From positions 1,376 through 65,375 of the forward strand of contig JBDNHZ010000185.1 in the NCBI GenBank assembly GCA_041688515.1: DNA of 64,000 nt. The letters run 5' to 3'. Shown here piece by piece: positions 39,301-46,968 of the stretch (positions are counted from its first letter, which is position 1; every line of letters starts with the position of its first letter). Below the pieces are notes generated by a model. That model worked only from the letters and a program-made list of their open reading frames with translations. It was not told the DNA's origin and did not search any database. The stretch is from Verrucomicrobiota bacterium. Its GTDB lineage: Bacteria > Verrucomicrobiota > Verrucomicrobiia > Limisphaerales > UBA9464. The position numbers and the translations under genes are program-made.

Positions 39301-39713
39301 CGACTGCCCGGCTTGGCGCGGCGCGCACGCTGAAACCACGGATGCTGGTCTGAGGTGTGGTTCATCACCAGCTCGGTGATGACCCGCAGCCCCCGCTGAT
39401 GGGCTTCGCGCAGGAAAACCTTGAAGTCCGCCAGGGTGCCGTAGTTGGGATGGACGGTGAAGTAGTCGGCGATGTCATATCCGTCGTCACGCAGTGGCGA
39501 CGGATAGAACGGCAGGAGCCACAGCGCGGTGACACCCAAGTCCTTCAGGTAGTCCAGCTTGCTGGTCAGTCCCTTGAAATCCCCGATGCCGTTCCCGTCG
39601 CTGTCGCAGAATGCACGGACGTGCAGCTCGTAGATGACACCGGATTTATACCACAATGGATCCCGATCCAGACCCGGGTTGTTAGCTTTCTTGCTCGGCC
39701 TGATTTTTGCCAT
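36342..39713 (-). CDS. treS: trehalose synthase (maltose alpha-D-glucosyltransferase) fused to maltokinase
   Basis: TreS part: [77 protein letters not shown]. Pep2 part: [27 protein letters not shown]. 1123 aa. Confidence 0.9.
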   Translation of the reverse strand: MAKIRPSKKANNPGLDRDPLWYKSGVIYELHVRAFCDSDGNGIGDFKGLTSKLDYLKDLGVTALWLLPFYPSPLRDDGYDIADYFTVHPNYGTLADFKVFLREAHQRGLRVITELVMNHTSDQHPWFQRARRAKPGSRWRDFYVWSDTREKYKEARIIFKDVEVSNWSWDHVAGAYYWHRFFSHQPDLNFDNPEVFDEMIKVMDFWLDLGVDGVRLDAVPYLFEREGTSCENLKETHGALKRLRAHVDEKYGDRMMLGEANQWPEDAVAYFGEGKGDECHVAFHFPLMPRLFMALRMEDSTPIVDILEQTPAIPETAQWALFLRNHDELTLEMVTDEERDYMYRMYANVHQARLNLGIRRRLAPLLGNDRKRIELLNALLFSLPGTPVLYYGDEIGMGENIFLGDRNGVRTPMQWSSDKNAGFSRANPQALYLPIIYDPEYHYEAVNVEGQMGNPHSLLWWTRRLLALRKKWRALGEGKCEFLQPENRRILCYVLRHEKETLLVVANLSRFVQPVQLDLSAFDKMVPVELFGRTDFPPITDKPYLITMGPHAFYWFSLENKQADVSATLSNGPLAARSLTVMNEWSDVFKGRSKTALEALLPDYVRAQRWFGGKAKEIKSLTLKEAAPVPADGKELGYLTLLLVDYVQGDPELYSMPLAFASGKDAQQLRENSPRLVIADLKVEGGPAGVLHDALGSPAFCKALLGMASKGGRSAGAQGVVEGSRTLAMRSILGAAKAPTPTLGKAEQSNSSVLFGDKLMMKLFRRLDVGINPDLEIGRFLTEKKFPNVAPLAGALEYHASNGERSSLAIISGFVPNAKDAWEVALDALGRYYDRVGVLHAKGEKPPAMGGDLFRLSGEEPSSIVQETVGTYLESARMLGERTAAMHLALASEPEDTSFASEPFTPHYLRGLFQSMRNLASQNLRVLRKQIKTLPADVAPMAAKVGALEGEIINRYKPLFQRNISARRIRIHGDYHLGQVLWTGKDFVIIDFEGEPAVALSERLIKRSALRDVAGMIRSFHYAAYFGLEQQVERGRLSPENRATYEPWARFWNLAVSASFLRAYLKALGSSEILPSTSEERRMVLQAYLLNKAIYEIGYELNNRPAWLKIPLQGVLHLLDENK

Positions 39714-39743
39714 GGTAGAGGAGTGAAAGTGACGTAAGGGGGA

Positions 39744-41759
39744 TCAAAGATAATAATCGAAGCTTTCTTCCGTGCAGACCCGGCGTCGCAGGCGGAAGAC
39801 ATGGGCGGGGGCAAACGCCGGGTCCAGTTGCACGAAATTCCGGGCGCCGTTCCACAGGTATCGCCCATCGGTCAGGAGGTCATGCACCTGGTAGCTACCG
39901 GTCGGAGCGATATCCCACTCCTCCACCGGAAGCGTCAGCCAACCGCTCTGGACGTGATGGGGATCCAGATTGACCACCACGAGGATGAGGTTGTCGGACC
40001 CCTCCGCGGATTTGCTGAAGGCGATCATCTGGTCGTTGTCGGTGGGGTGGAATTCCAGGCCGTCGTTCCGGTGCAGCGCGGGATTGTCACGACGGATCTG
40101 GTTCACGCGGCGGATCAGCTCCGTCAGATTGCCCGGAAGATTCAGGTTCCAGGAGCGAATCTCGTACTTCTCCGAATCAAGATATTCCTCGGCACCGGCG
40201 GCCCGGGACTGGTTCACGCACAACTCGTACGCAGGCCCGTAGATTCCGTAACTGGCGCCGAGCGTGGCCGCCAGAATGAGCCGCGACATGAACGCGGGGC
40301 GTCCCCCATATTGCAGGCTGAGCGGGAGGATGTCCGGAGTATTCGGCCACAGGTTCGGCCGGAGAAATTCGCTCACCTCGGTGCGCGTGAGCTCCGTCAG
40401 GTACTCCGTCAACTCCTTCTTGGTGTTGCGCCAAGGGAAGTAGTTGTAGGACTGCGTGAACCCTGCCTTGGCCAGCCGGTACATGACCTTGGGACGGGTG
40501 AAGGCCTCGGACAGGAAGATCATCTCCGGGTGCTTCTTCTTCAGCTCCGTGATGCACCACTGCCAGAACGGAAATGCCTTGGTATGGGGATTGTCGACGC
40601 GGAACACTGTTACCCCCTGCCCATGCCAGAATTCGAAGACACTCTTCAATTCCAGCCACATCGCCTTCCAGTCGCCACTCTCAAAGTCGAACGGATAGAT
40701 ATCCTGGTATTTCTTCGGGGGATTCTCGGCGTACTGGATGGAGCCATCCGAACGTTGGCGGAACCAGTCCGGATGCGCCTTCACGTACGGATGGTCCGGC
40801 GCGCATTGGAACGCGATATCCAGCGCGATCTCGATCTTCAACTCCCGCGCCCGCATCACAAGACGACCGAAATCTGCCAGTGTTCCAAGCTCCGGAAGGA
40901 TCGACTTGTGCCCGCCTTCAATGGCCCCGATGGCCCACGGACTGCCCGGCTCACCCGGCTGGCATTCGGGATTGTTGTTCTTCCCCTTGCGGAAGGCCCG
41001 GCCGACCGGATGGATCGGCGGGAGATAAAGGACGTCAAAACCCATTTCCGCCACCCGAGGCAGATGGTCGATCACATCGTCCAGAGTTCCATGTTTCCCG
41101 TCCTTTCCGAGCGATCGGGGGAACAATTCATACCACGCACCGAATCGAGCGAGCTCCGGATCAACGGTGATGCACAACTCCCTGACATACCGGGTCGAAC
41201 GTTGCCGGTCCGGATTGGCCGCCATCAATGCGGCCAACTGGGGCGACAGGGCGAGCGCGATGCGGCTTTCCAGTCCGGACGGATCCTGCTCGGTCAACGC
41301 CCGGGCCGACGCCGTCAGTTGCAGCGTTCCTTCCTGGACGGCCCGCCTTGCGGCGGCACCGACCAACCGCGCACCGTCCCGGAGATCCACCGAGAGGTCC
41401 TGCCCGGCCTTGTGCTTCTTGGCCAGGTCATGCTGCCACGACTTGAAATGATCAACCCACGCCAGGACGGTATAGCGGTATCCGCCCATTCCGGTGACCT
41501 CGAACCGCCCCCGCCATCGGTCGTTTACCAGCGGCACCATCGGGACTTCACTCCAGTCCGTTTCGCCCTCCTTCCGATAAAGCAGCACCGCAGCGATAAG
41601 GTCATGACCGTCGGTGAAGATGTCCGCCTCGACCTCGACGTGATCACCGACGGTACGCTTGATCGCAAACTGTCCGGCCTCGATCTCCGGACGCACCTCC
41701 GAAATGACCACTCGGCAGTCACCATCCAATTTTTCAGCTGATTTCTTAGAATCCGACAT
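39744..41759 (-). CDS. glgE: alpha-1,4-glucan:maltose-1-phosphate maltosyltransferase
   Basis: GFDVLYLPPIHP, FRVDNPHTKAFPFWQW, FLSEAFTRPKVMYRLAKAGFTQSYNYFPWRNTKKEL; 671 aa. Confidence 0.9.
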   Translation of the reverse strand: MSDSKKSAEKLDGDCRVVISEVRPEIEAGQFAIKRTVGDHVEVEADIFTDGHDLIAAVLLYRKEGETDWSEVPMVPLVNDRWRGRFEVTGMGGYRYTVLAWVDHFKSWQHDLAKKHKAGQDLSVDLRDGARLVGAAARRAVQEGTLQLTASARALTEQDPSGLESRIALALSPQLAALMAANPDRQRSTRYVRELCITVDPELARFGAWYELFPRSLGKDGKHGTLDDVIDHLPRVAEMGFDVLYLPPIHPVGRAFRKGKNNNPECQPGEPGSPWAIGAIEGGHKSILPELGTLADFGRLVMRARELKIEIALDIAFQCAPDHPYVKAHPDWFRQRSDGSIQYAENPPKKYQDIYPFDFESGDWKAMWLELKSVFEFWHGQGVTVFRVDNPHTKAFPFWQWCITELKKKHPEMIFLSEAFTRPKVMYRLAKAGFTQSYNYFPWRNTKKELTEYLTELTRTEVSEFLRPNLWPNTPDILPLSLQYGGRPAFMSRLILAATLGASYGIYGPAYELCVNQSRAAGAEEYLDSEKYEIRSWNLNLPGNLTELIRRVNQIRRDNPALHRNDGLEFHPTDNDQMIAFSKSAEGSDNLILVVVNLDPHHVQSGWLTLPVEEWDIAPTGSYQVHDLLTDGRYLWNGARNFVQLDPAFAPAHVFRLRRRVCTEESFDYYL

Positions 41760-41912
41760 AGGCAGGTTGAAGTTTTCCGGACGGGTTGGAGCGGTCCGTC
41801 GTTATCAAATCCTGACCGATGACCCCGTTCTTGACCACCCGTGACTTCCCGTGCCAGGCCTCAGTGAAAGGCTTATCGGGGGGCGGAGGGCGTCGGGATC
41901 CGTCGCCGTCAT

Positions 41913-42593
41913 TCAACCGATCGCCTCGACCCAGAGCACCGCGTGGCGGGTGAGTTCGGGACCGGTCTTGAGACGTAGCTTCCGTTTGATGCTGGCGCGA
42001 TGGGCTTCGACTGTCTTTCCGCTCATGCTGAGGCGCCGGGAAATCATCTTCGTCTCCACGGCCTGGCCGATGAGCGCAAAAACCTCCAGTTCACGATCGG
42101 TGAGCAGTTCCACCGGGGAAATCGGTCCCGCCCGTTGCTGTTTGCCGCCCAGGCTGCCGAGCAGGCGGGTGGAGACTTCATCGCTGAGATGGATCTGCCC
42201 GACCAGGACTCGACGGATGGCCGTCAGCAGCGCCTCGCTGCTTGCCTGCTTGGAGACATAGCCGCGCCCCCCCGCGCGGAGCACGCGCTCGGCGAAGAGC
42301 GATTCATCGTGCATGGAAAGCACGAGCACCGGCAGGCCGGGACGCAGGGCGGCGATGTCCCGGATGAGTTCGAGTCCGTTGCGGCCGGGTAGATTGATAT
42401 CGACCAGCACCAGGTCCGGGTTGAGCCGGCCGACAGCGTCCACGGCTTCACCCGCATCCACCGCCTCGCCACAGACCACGAGGTCCGCCTCGCGGTTGAT
42501 CTGCGTGGTCAATCCCTCGCGAAGCACGGCGTGGTCGTCCACGACCAGGATTCTGCGGCGGGCGGGCGTGGTCTGGGGAGGGGGGGCGGGCAT
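41913..42593 (-). CDS. NarL/LuxR-family response regulator
   Basis: Receiver domain RRILVVDDHAVLREGL...DLVLVDINLPG. C-terminal HTH LTDRELEVFALIGQAVETKMISRRLSMSGKTVEAHRASIKRKL. Confidence 0.9.
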   Translation of the reverse strand: MPAPPPQTTPARRRILVVDDHAVLREGLTTQINREADLVVCGEAVDAGEAVDAVGRLNPDLVLVDINLPGRNGLELIRDIAALRPGLPVLVLSMHDESLFAERVLRAGGRGYVSKQASSEALLTAIRRVLVGQIHLSDEVSTRLLGSLGGKQQRAGPISPVELLTDRELEVFALIGQAVETKMISRRLSMSGKTVEAHRASIKRKLRLKTGPELTRHAVLWVEAIG

Positions 42594-42614
42594 GTCGGTG
42601 GGAGTGTTGAAAGC

Positions 42615-44273
42615 TCAATGCCGGCAGAGGCGCTCATCAACCGGCGGTAATGGCACGGTGCAGACCACCTCGGTGCCGTGCGGGCGACGCGGCCGCACCT
42701 CCAGGTGCCCACGGATTAATCCGGCCCGATGCTGCATGATGTGCAACCCGAGCCCGCGCCGGCGCGGTGAAAGCGGGCCGATGCCGCGGCCGTCATCGAC
42801 AATGCCCAGGGTCAGCCGTTTCGCGGTGGTGCGCAGCGAAAGGACGATGACCCGAGGACGCGCGTGCTTCACGGCGTTGTTCACCGCCTCCTGCGCGATG
42901 CGGTACAGGTGTCCTGCCACGAGCGTGTCATGGACCAGCGCTGGGGCCCGACTGCTCATGCGGCAACGAATCCCCCTCAACTCGGCGGTCTGCGCGGCCA
43001 GTTCGGACAAGGCGTCCATCAGGCCCTCGGGTGCCTCGGCGATGGGGGACAATCCCCGCGCCATGCGCCGCGTCGCCTCGATGGCCCGGCGCATCAGGTC
43101 GAAGATCCGGCCCGCAGCCGCAACCTCGGGCGCCGAACGTTCGGCCAGTTTCTGCCTTAGGACGTTGCTGAGGTACGCGATGCCGCCCAGTTGCTGTCCA
43201 AGCCCGTCGTGAAGTTCATGGGCAAAAATCCGGCGTTCACGGTCGCTCGATTCCAGCAATTCGCGCTCGAGCTGGCGGCGTCGGGAAATGTCACGCACGA
43301 ACCAGCGGGTGTGAACCAGCCGACCCTTCTCCCAGTGACCGTCGGCGTCCACGAGCACAAAGCGAACGTCCCCCTTCGCGGCATGAAACTCCGTGGCGAA
43401 ATGGATGACGGTCTCGCGGCGCGCCAAGCGTTTCAGCAGCTCGTCGGGAACCCGAGCCTCTGGATGAAAGGAGTGGATCGGGCGGTCCACGACATCCTCG
43501 GCGCGACGTTCCAGCAGAGCGGTGAACGCCCGGTTTGCCCGCAACACCACGCCCTCCGGCGACACGAGGACCAGTCCGACGGATGCATGCTCGAAAAGGT
43601 CGTCCAGCTCCGCCTCGCGCCGCACGAGGGCGTCGCCCAGCCGCCGCTGCGCGGTGATGTCCCGAGCGATCGTCGAGAACCCATTGAGACGGCGGTCGGA
43701 ATCGTAAACCGGGGATAACGTCAGCGAGACCCGGATGCGTTGTCCGTCCTTGCGCAGCCGCTCCGTTTCGAAGTGCTCCACCACCCGGCCCCGGCGCAGG
43801 CGCGCCAGTAGCCCCTGGTATTCGTCTTCCGCACCGGCCGGCAGCAGCGACCGGCTGGAGCGTCCCAACATCTCGCTGGCAGTGTATCCAAAGATGCGCG
43901 CCGCGGCGGCGTTCCAGGTCGTGATGATGCCTTCGAAGGTGCGGCAGAAGATGGCGTCGCTGGAATGCTCCACGATGGCGGCGAGCTGGCCGTGGGGGTC
44001 GGGGACGTCGGCGACGACAGCCCCCGGACGCGGCGCGGTTTTGCCGCGTGCCGCCACCCGTTTCCTTGCAGGCGGGCGCCCCGCGGGCGACTGCTTCACC
44101 GGGCCGTTCAGTTTCGATCTCAACCGCGGTATTTTAGGTGGGTTCCGACCGGAACACAGCAAAGAAGAAACGATCACAAACGGGTGGATTGTCGAGTCCG
44201 GGCGCTTTTCGAGGTTTACGAAGAGAGGGTTGCCGCAAAGCGCGATGCCGGCCTGGGCAGGCGGTCCATTCAA
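42615..44273 (-). CDS. PAS-domain sensor histidine kinase (HisKA_3 / HATPase_c)
   Basis: Two PAS-like modules (LAAIVEHSSDAIFCRTFEGIITTWNAAAARIFGY; LFEHASVGLVLVSPEGVVLRANRAF). H-box FAHELHDGLGQQL. ATPase part NAVKHARP...DDGRGI. The start is uncertain: TTG 44273 (ORF track), or GTG 44099 (VKQSPAGRPP...), which I find at least as plausible. Confidence 0.85.
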   Translation of the reverse strand: MNGPPAQAGIALCGNPLFVNLEKRPDSTIHPFVIVSSLLCSGRNPPKIPRLRSKLNGPVKQSPAGRPPARKRVAARGKTAPRPGAVVADVPDPHGQLAAIVEHSSDAIFCRTFEGIITTWNAAAARIFGYTASEMLGRSSRSLLPAGAEDEYQGLLARLRRGRVVEHFETERLRKDGQRIRVSLTLSPVYDSDRRLNGFSTIARDITAQRRLGDALVRREAELDDLFEHASVGLVLVSPEGVVLRANRAFTALLERRAEDVVDRPIHSFHPEARVPDELLKRLARRETVIHFATEFHAAKGDVRFVLVDADGHWEKGRLVHTRWFVRDISRRRQLERELLESSDRERRIFAHELHDGLGQQLGGIAYLSNVLRQKLAERSAPEVAAAGRIFDLMRRAIEATRRMARGLSPIAEAPEGLMDALSELAAQTAELRGIRCRMSSRAPALVHDTLVAGHLYRIAQEAVNNAVKHARPRVIVLSLRTTAKRLTLGIVDDGRGIGPLSPRRRGLGLHIMQHRAGLIRGHLEVRPRRPHGTEVVCTVPLPPVDERLCRH

Positions 44274-44666
44274 GATCTGGAATCGCGTCCACGACTATCG
44301 ACAGGTCGAAGGGAGATGAGGTGGGGTATGAGGCTTTCGATATGCCCTGACACTTTGGACTGGGGCAGCCCTCTGCCGCTTTCTCGTGACCGGGCGCGGG
44401 TCAATGAAATGAACCCCCGATTCGTTGGGGGCGTGCCGTCTTACTTCCGGAATAAACACGCCCCGAAAATCCAAGACACCCTCCATGTAGCCTGCCGGCC
44501 ATCCGGTGCATCCGCGGTCGGACTCGCTTTATCAAAATCGTCATCATCGAGTTCGTTGCTCGGTGGAGTCCATGCTCTCCATGCAAATGGTCGTCTTGTC
44601 TGTTGCGATTCAAAGCGTTGGTAGTGAGCATCCAACCGTATGTTCGCGAACCAAGGCGAAGTACCC

Positions 44667-44710
44667 GGTTTGGGTTCGAGCCCCGCCACCCCCCGCCCCT
44701 TTCCCGCGGA
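44667..44710 (+). repeat. distal, diverged copy of the tRNA-Asp 3' end plus 12 nt of its downstream flank (attR-like); not a complete tRNA
   Basis: ggtttgggttcgagccccgccaccccccgcccctttcccgcgga compared with 18170-18213. The identical tail ctttcccgcgga extends beyond the tRNA CCA end. No matching 5' acceptor strand (gggggtg) within tRNA distance upstream. Confidence 0.6.
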
Positions 44711-44714
44711 GACG

Positions 44715-44745
44715 AAGACCGGCCATTCGGCCGGTCTTTTGTTGT
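44715..44745 (+). terminator. Rho-independent terminator, plus-strand orientation
   Basis: aagaccggcc-attc-ggccggtctt is a perfect 10-bp stem with a 4-nt loop, followed by ttgttgt (with the stem's terminal tt this reads ttttgttgt). It lies 4 nt after the tRNA-like repeat. No plus-strand protein gene ends here. Confidence 0.7.
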
Positions 44746-44778
44746 CTCGATCCGGCCAAATCGGACTTCCATCGCCTG

Positions 44779-45726
44779 TCACTGCCCCCGCCCCGTCGAG
44801 CAGTCCCCTGCCAGTTCCCGCACCCGTTGCAGGATCACCTCCGGGAGATTGGACTCATCCCCGATGCTTCGGCTGTACCAGACCCAATGAGGGTCGCGGA
44901 ACGTCGGGTTGAGCCACGGATGCATCCCCGCACTCAGACGCCGCTGAACCTCCGCGGCATCGGCACCCAAGAGCACCGGAATGTCCTCGTAGCTGTGAAG
45001 CCCATCGCTGATGAAGAACGGCACCTGAACGATGTGGCGCGTCCCCGCCAGTCGATAGCAGTCTGCAATTCTCGGTTCCTCTTCCATGAACACTCCATGC
45101 ACATCGTGGAATCGCCCGCTCGCCCGAAGCCGTTCGACCTGATCCTCGATGGCCCGACGGGAATTCTCCGAATTCCCAGTCCCATGACCTGCGATGAACA
45201 CCGACAAATCCGATGGATCCGGGACTCCGTGAGGGGGGGGATTCAGCCGAACAACCTCGATCGCCCGGCGGGCGAGAATCTCGGTCATGGAAGGGTGAGT
45301 CCCCACTGGACCGCAGTAATGGACACGGTGGCGGCCAATCTGTTGGATCCGCTCGAAGCCGGCCGCATCCGCTGACACCAGGCCCAATTCCCTAGGAATG
45401 ACCTGTTCCGTGAAGTACCCCTCGGAAATGAAGAGCGGCACAACGAACACGGTGGGATGCCATGCTCCGCGGAGGACACCGGAAATGGAGGGTTCCTGCT
45501 TCCAGTAGGCCTCCAGGACCTGGCCGAAAACTCCTCGCCTCCGAAGGGTCTCAGCGTGCTGCCGGGTGGGCGCAGACGATTCGCGGTTCAGGGTGGAACC
45601 GTGTCCGATCAGAACGACGGTGGAATCGGAAAAAATGGACGGCACGCTCGACACGATGGGCGAGAGTTGCCGGGGAGCAAGGGTCTGATTTGCCCATCCC
45701 TCTCCCCGGTCCTTGCAGAAATCCAC
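44779..45726 (-). CDS. two-domain CbiX/SirB-type sirohydrochlorin chelatase-like protein
   Basis: Duplicated CbiX pattern: VVLIGHGS...VVPLFISEGYFT and VFIAGHGT...QVPFFISDGLHSYEDIP. Confidence 0.75.
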   Translation of the reverse strand: MDFCKDRGEGWANQTLAPRQLSPIVSSVPSIFSDSTVVLIGHGSTLNRESSAPTRQHAETLRRRGVFGQVLEAYWKQEPSISGVLRGAWHPTVFVVPLFISEGYFTEQVIPRELGLVSADAAGFERIQQIGRHRVHYCGPVGTHPSMTEILARRAIEVVRLNPPPHGVPDPSDLSVFIAGHGTGNSENSRRAIEDQVERLRASGRFHDVHGVFMEEEPRIADCYRLAGTRHIVQVPFFISDGLHSYEDIPVLLGADAAEVQRRLSAGMHPWLNPTFRDPHWVWYSRSIGDESNLPEVILQRVRELAGDCSTGRGQ

Positions 45727-46869
45727 TTACTTCACGCCGTAGCCCAGTACCGGTTTGCCGTCGTCCTGAAGCTTACCGGTGGACCAGAGCAGTCCCCGGC
45801 TCAGGAGATCCAGAATCGCGGGATCCTGAAGCGTGTGGTTGTAATGCCCGAGAGTCGTACCAAACACCCTGCCCTTGCCAAACTGGTTGACCCACACATT
45901 CACCTCGGCGCGCTTGGTCTCATGGGACCATCCGGTGGCCAGCGCGGTCGCGGTGGGCTCAACCTTTTCGATGTGGTACAACTCTTCCTTCGGCGTCCGC
46001 CAGGTCGCCGGGAATCCGATCATGACCGGATGGGCCGGGGCGGTGTTGGTCATGGGATAGTCAAAGTGGGATCCGTGGCGATGGCTGGTGACTCCGACAA
46101 ATCGGAACCAGTCGTTGGTCGGCGCTCGGTAACAGTGCATGGCGCAGTGGATGACCACCGCTGGCACGCCCTCACGATGGGGCTTCACGATCCGCTCCAG
46201 CCATTCGAGCTCCTTCTCGTCCGAGAAACATTCGTTGTGGACGATCACATCGTATTTCCTCGCCCAGTCCTCTGTTTTGTAGACGGACACCTTGTGCTGC
46301 GTGCCGGTCTGCCCCGGATCCAGCACGATATCCCAGGTGACATTGGCGCGTTTGGAAAGGCCTTCGGTGAGAAGCGTAGACTGACCGGGATAGTCGTGGC
46401 AGCAACCGCCGGTGATCAAGAGCCCACGCAGGGGACGCACCGTTCCAGCCTTTCGTTTGTAGCTCGCCAGGAGATGGCTGTTGCCCCCATCCGAAACAAA
46501 GGTGCCTGGCCGCGTCGCCCCCTCCATGTCAGCCGCCATGCGCCAACCGTCGGTGGTGGACTCGACAATCCCGAGGAGAGTTCGGCCAACATTCCGGCCT
46601 TCGACCTCGGTCAGGTCGATTTGGGCGGGCTTCTTGGAGGCGTCGAACCGGACGGTTCCCTTGGCCGTGAGATCCCCCATTCGGAAGGTGTACTTCCCGT
46701 TGGAGATCTCCATTTCCGCCGAGGCAATGCTGTCATCCTCGATCACGTTGCCACCCACCTCGATCCGAGCATGGACCCAGGTACCCGCAAGGTCGGCAGA
46801 TTCGATGGCAAGGGTGATCCCTGGCACCAGGGCCAAGGCAGCGATGACGACAGCAAGAATGCGCTTCAT
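45727..46869 (-). CDS. secreted TIGR03067-like domain fused to a ThuA-like (class I amidotransferase-fold, trehalose-utilisation family) domain
   Basis: Signal peptide MKRILAVVIAALALVPGITLA. N-domain LAGTWVHARIEVGG...KGTVRFDASKKPAQIDL...RPGTF. ThuA-like LLITGGCCHDYPGQSTLL...VIVHNECF...GTTLGHYNHT. The stop abuts the CbiX-like start (45727/45726). Confidence 0.75.
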   Translation of the reverse strand: MKRILAVVIAALALVPGITLAIESADLAGTWVHARIEVGGNVIEDDSIASAEMEISNGKYTFRMGDLTAKGTVRFDASKKPAQIDLTEVEGRNVGRTLLGIVESTTDGWRMAADMEGATRPGTFVSDGGNSHLLASYKRKAGTVRPLRGLLITGGCCHDYPGQSTLLTEGLSKRANVTWDIVLDPGQTGTQHKVSVYKTEDWARKYDVIVHNECFSDEKELEWLERIVKPHREGVPAVVIHCAMHCYRAPTNDWFRFVGVTSHRHGSHFDYPMTNTAPAHPVMIGFPATWRTPKEELYHIEKVEPTATALATGWSHETKRAEVNVWVNQFGKGRVFGTTLGHYNHTLQDPAILDLLSRGLLWSTGKLQDDGKPVLGYGVK

Positions 46870-46968
46870 GGGAGTCTCGGAAGGCTGGCGAGACCGCCAC
46901 ACAATGAAAGCGGCAATTTTCGCGGGAAGCAGGTTTGGATGCGAACTGGAGAAATGCCACCGTGAGGG

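Noticed and set aside
44274-44666. RNase P RNA or SRP RNA in the gene-free stretch.
   Set aside because: The conserved cores I know (GAGGAAAGTCCGG for RNase P P4, GGAAGCAGCC-type SRP domain IV) are not visible on either strand.
44321-44700. Possible tmRNA (ssrA). The 5' motif ggtggggtatgaggctttcgat resembles the tmRNA 5' end (GGGG...GGnUUCGAC). A T-arm-like 3' end lies about 380 nt downstream and is followed by a terminator, which is the right size.
   Set aside because: I could not pair the two ends into an acceptor stem with G3:U70. The best pairing, GGTGGGG/CCCCGCC, gives U3:G70 and clashes with the T-arm register. No plus-strand tag frame ends in a hydrophobic ...AA plus stop, and the discriminator is not A. 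The 3' part is better explained as a copy of the tRNA-Asp 3' end, because the identity continues 12 nt past the CCA.
44600-44700. A complete second tRNA gene ending at the T-loop-like gggttcgagcccc.
   Set aside because: The required 5' acceptor strand (gggggtg) is not within 120 nt upstream. There is no 7-nt anticodon loop arm: the only nearby stem, gttgg/ccaac, has a 10-nt loop.
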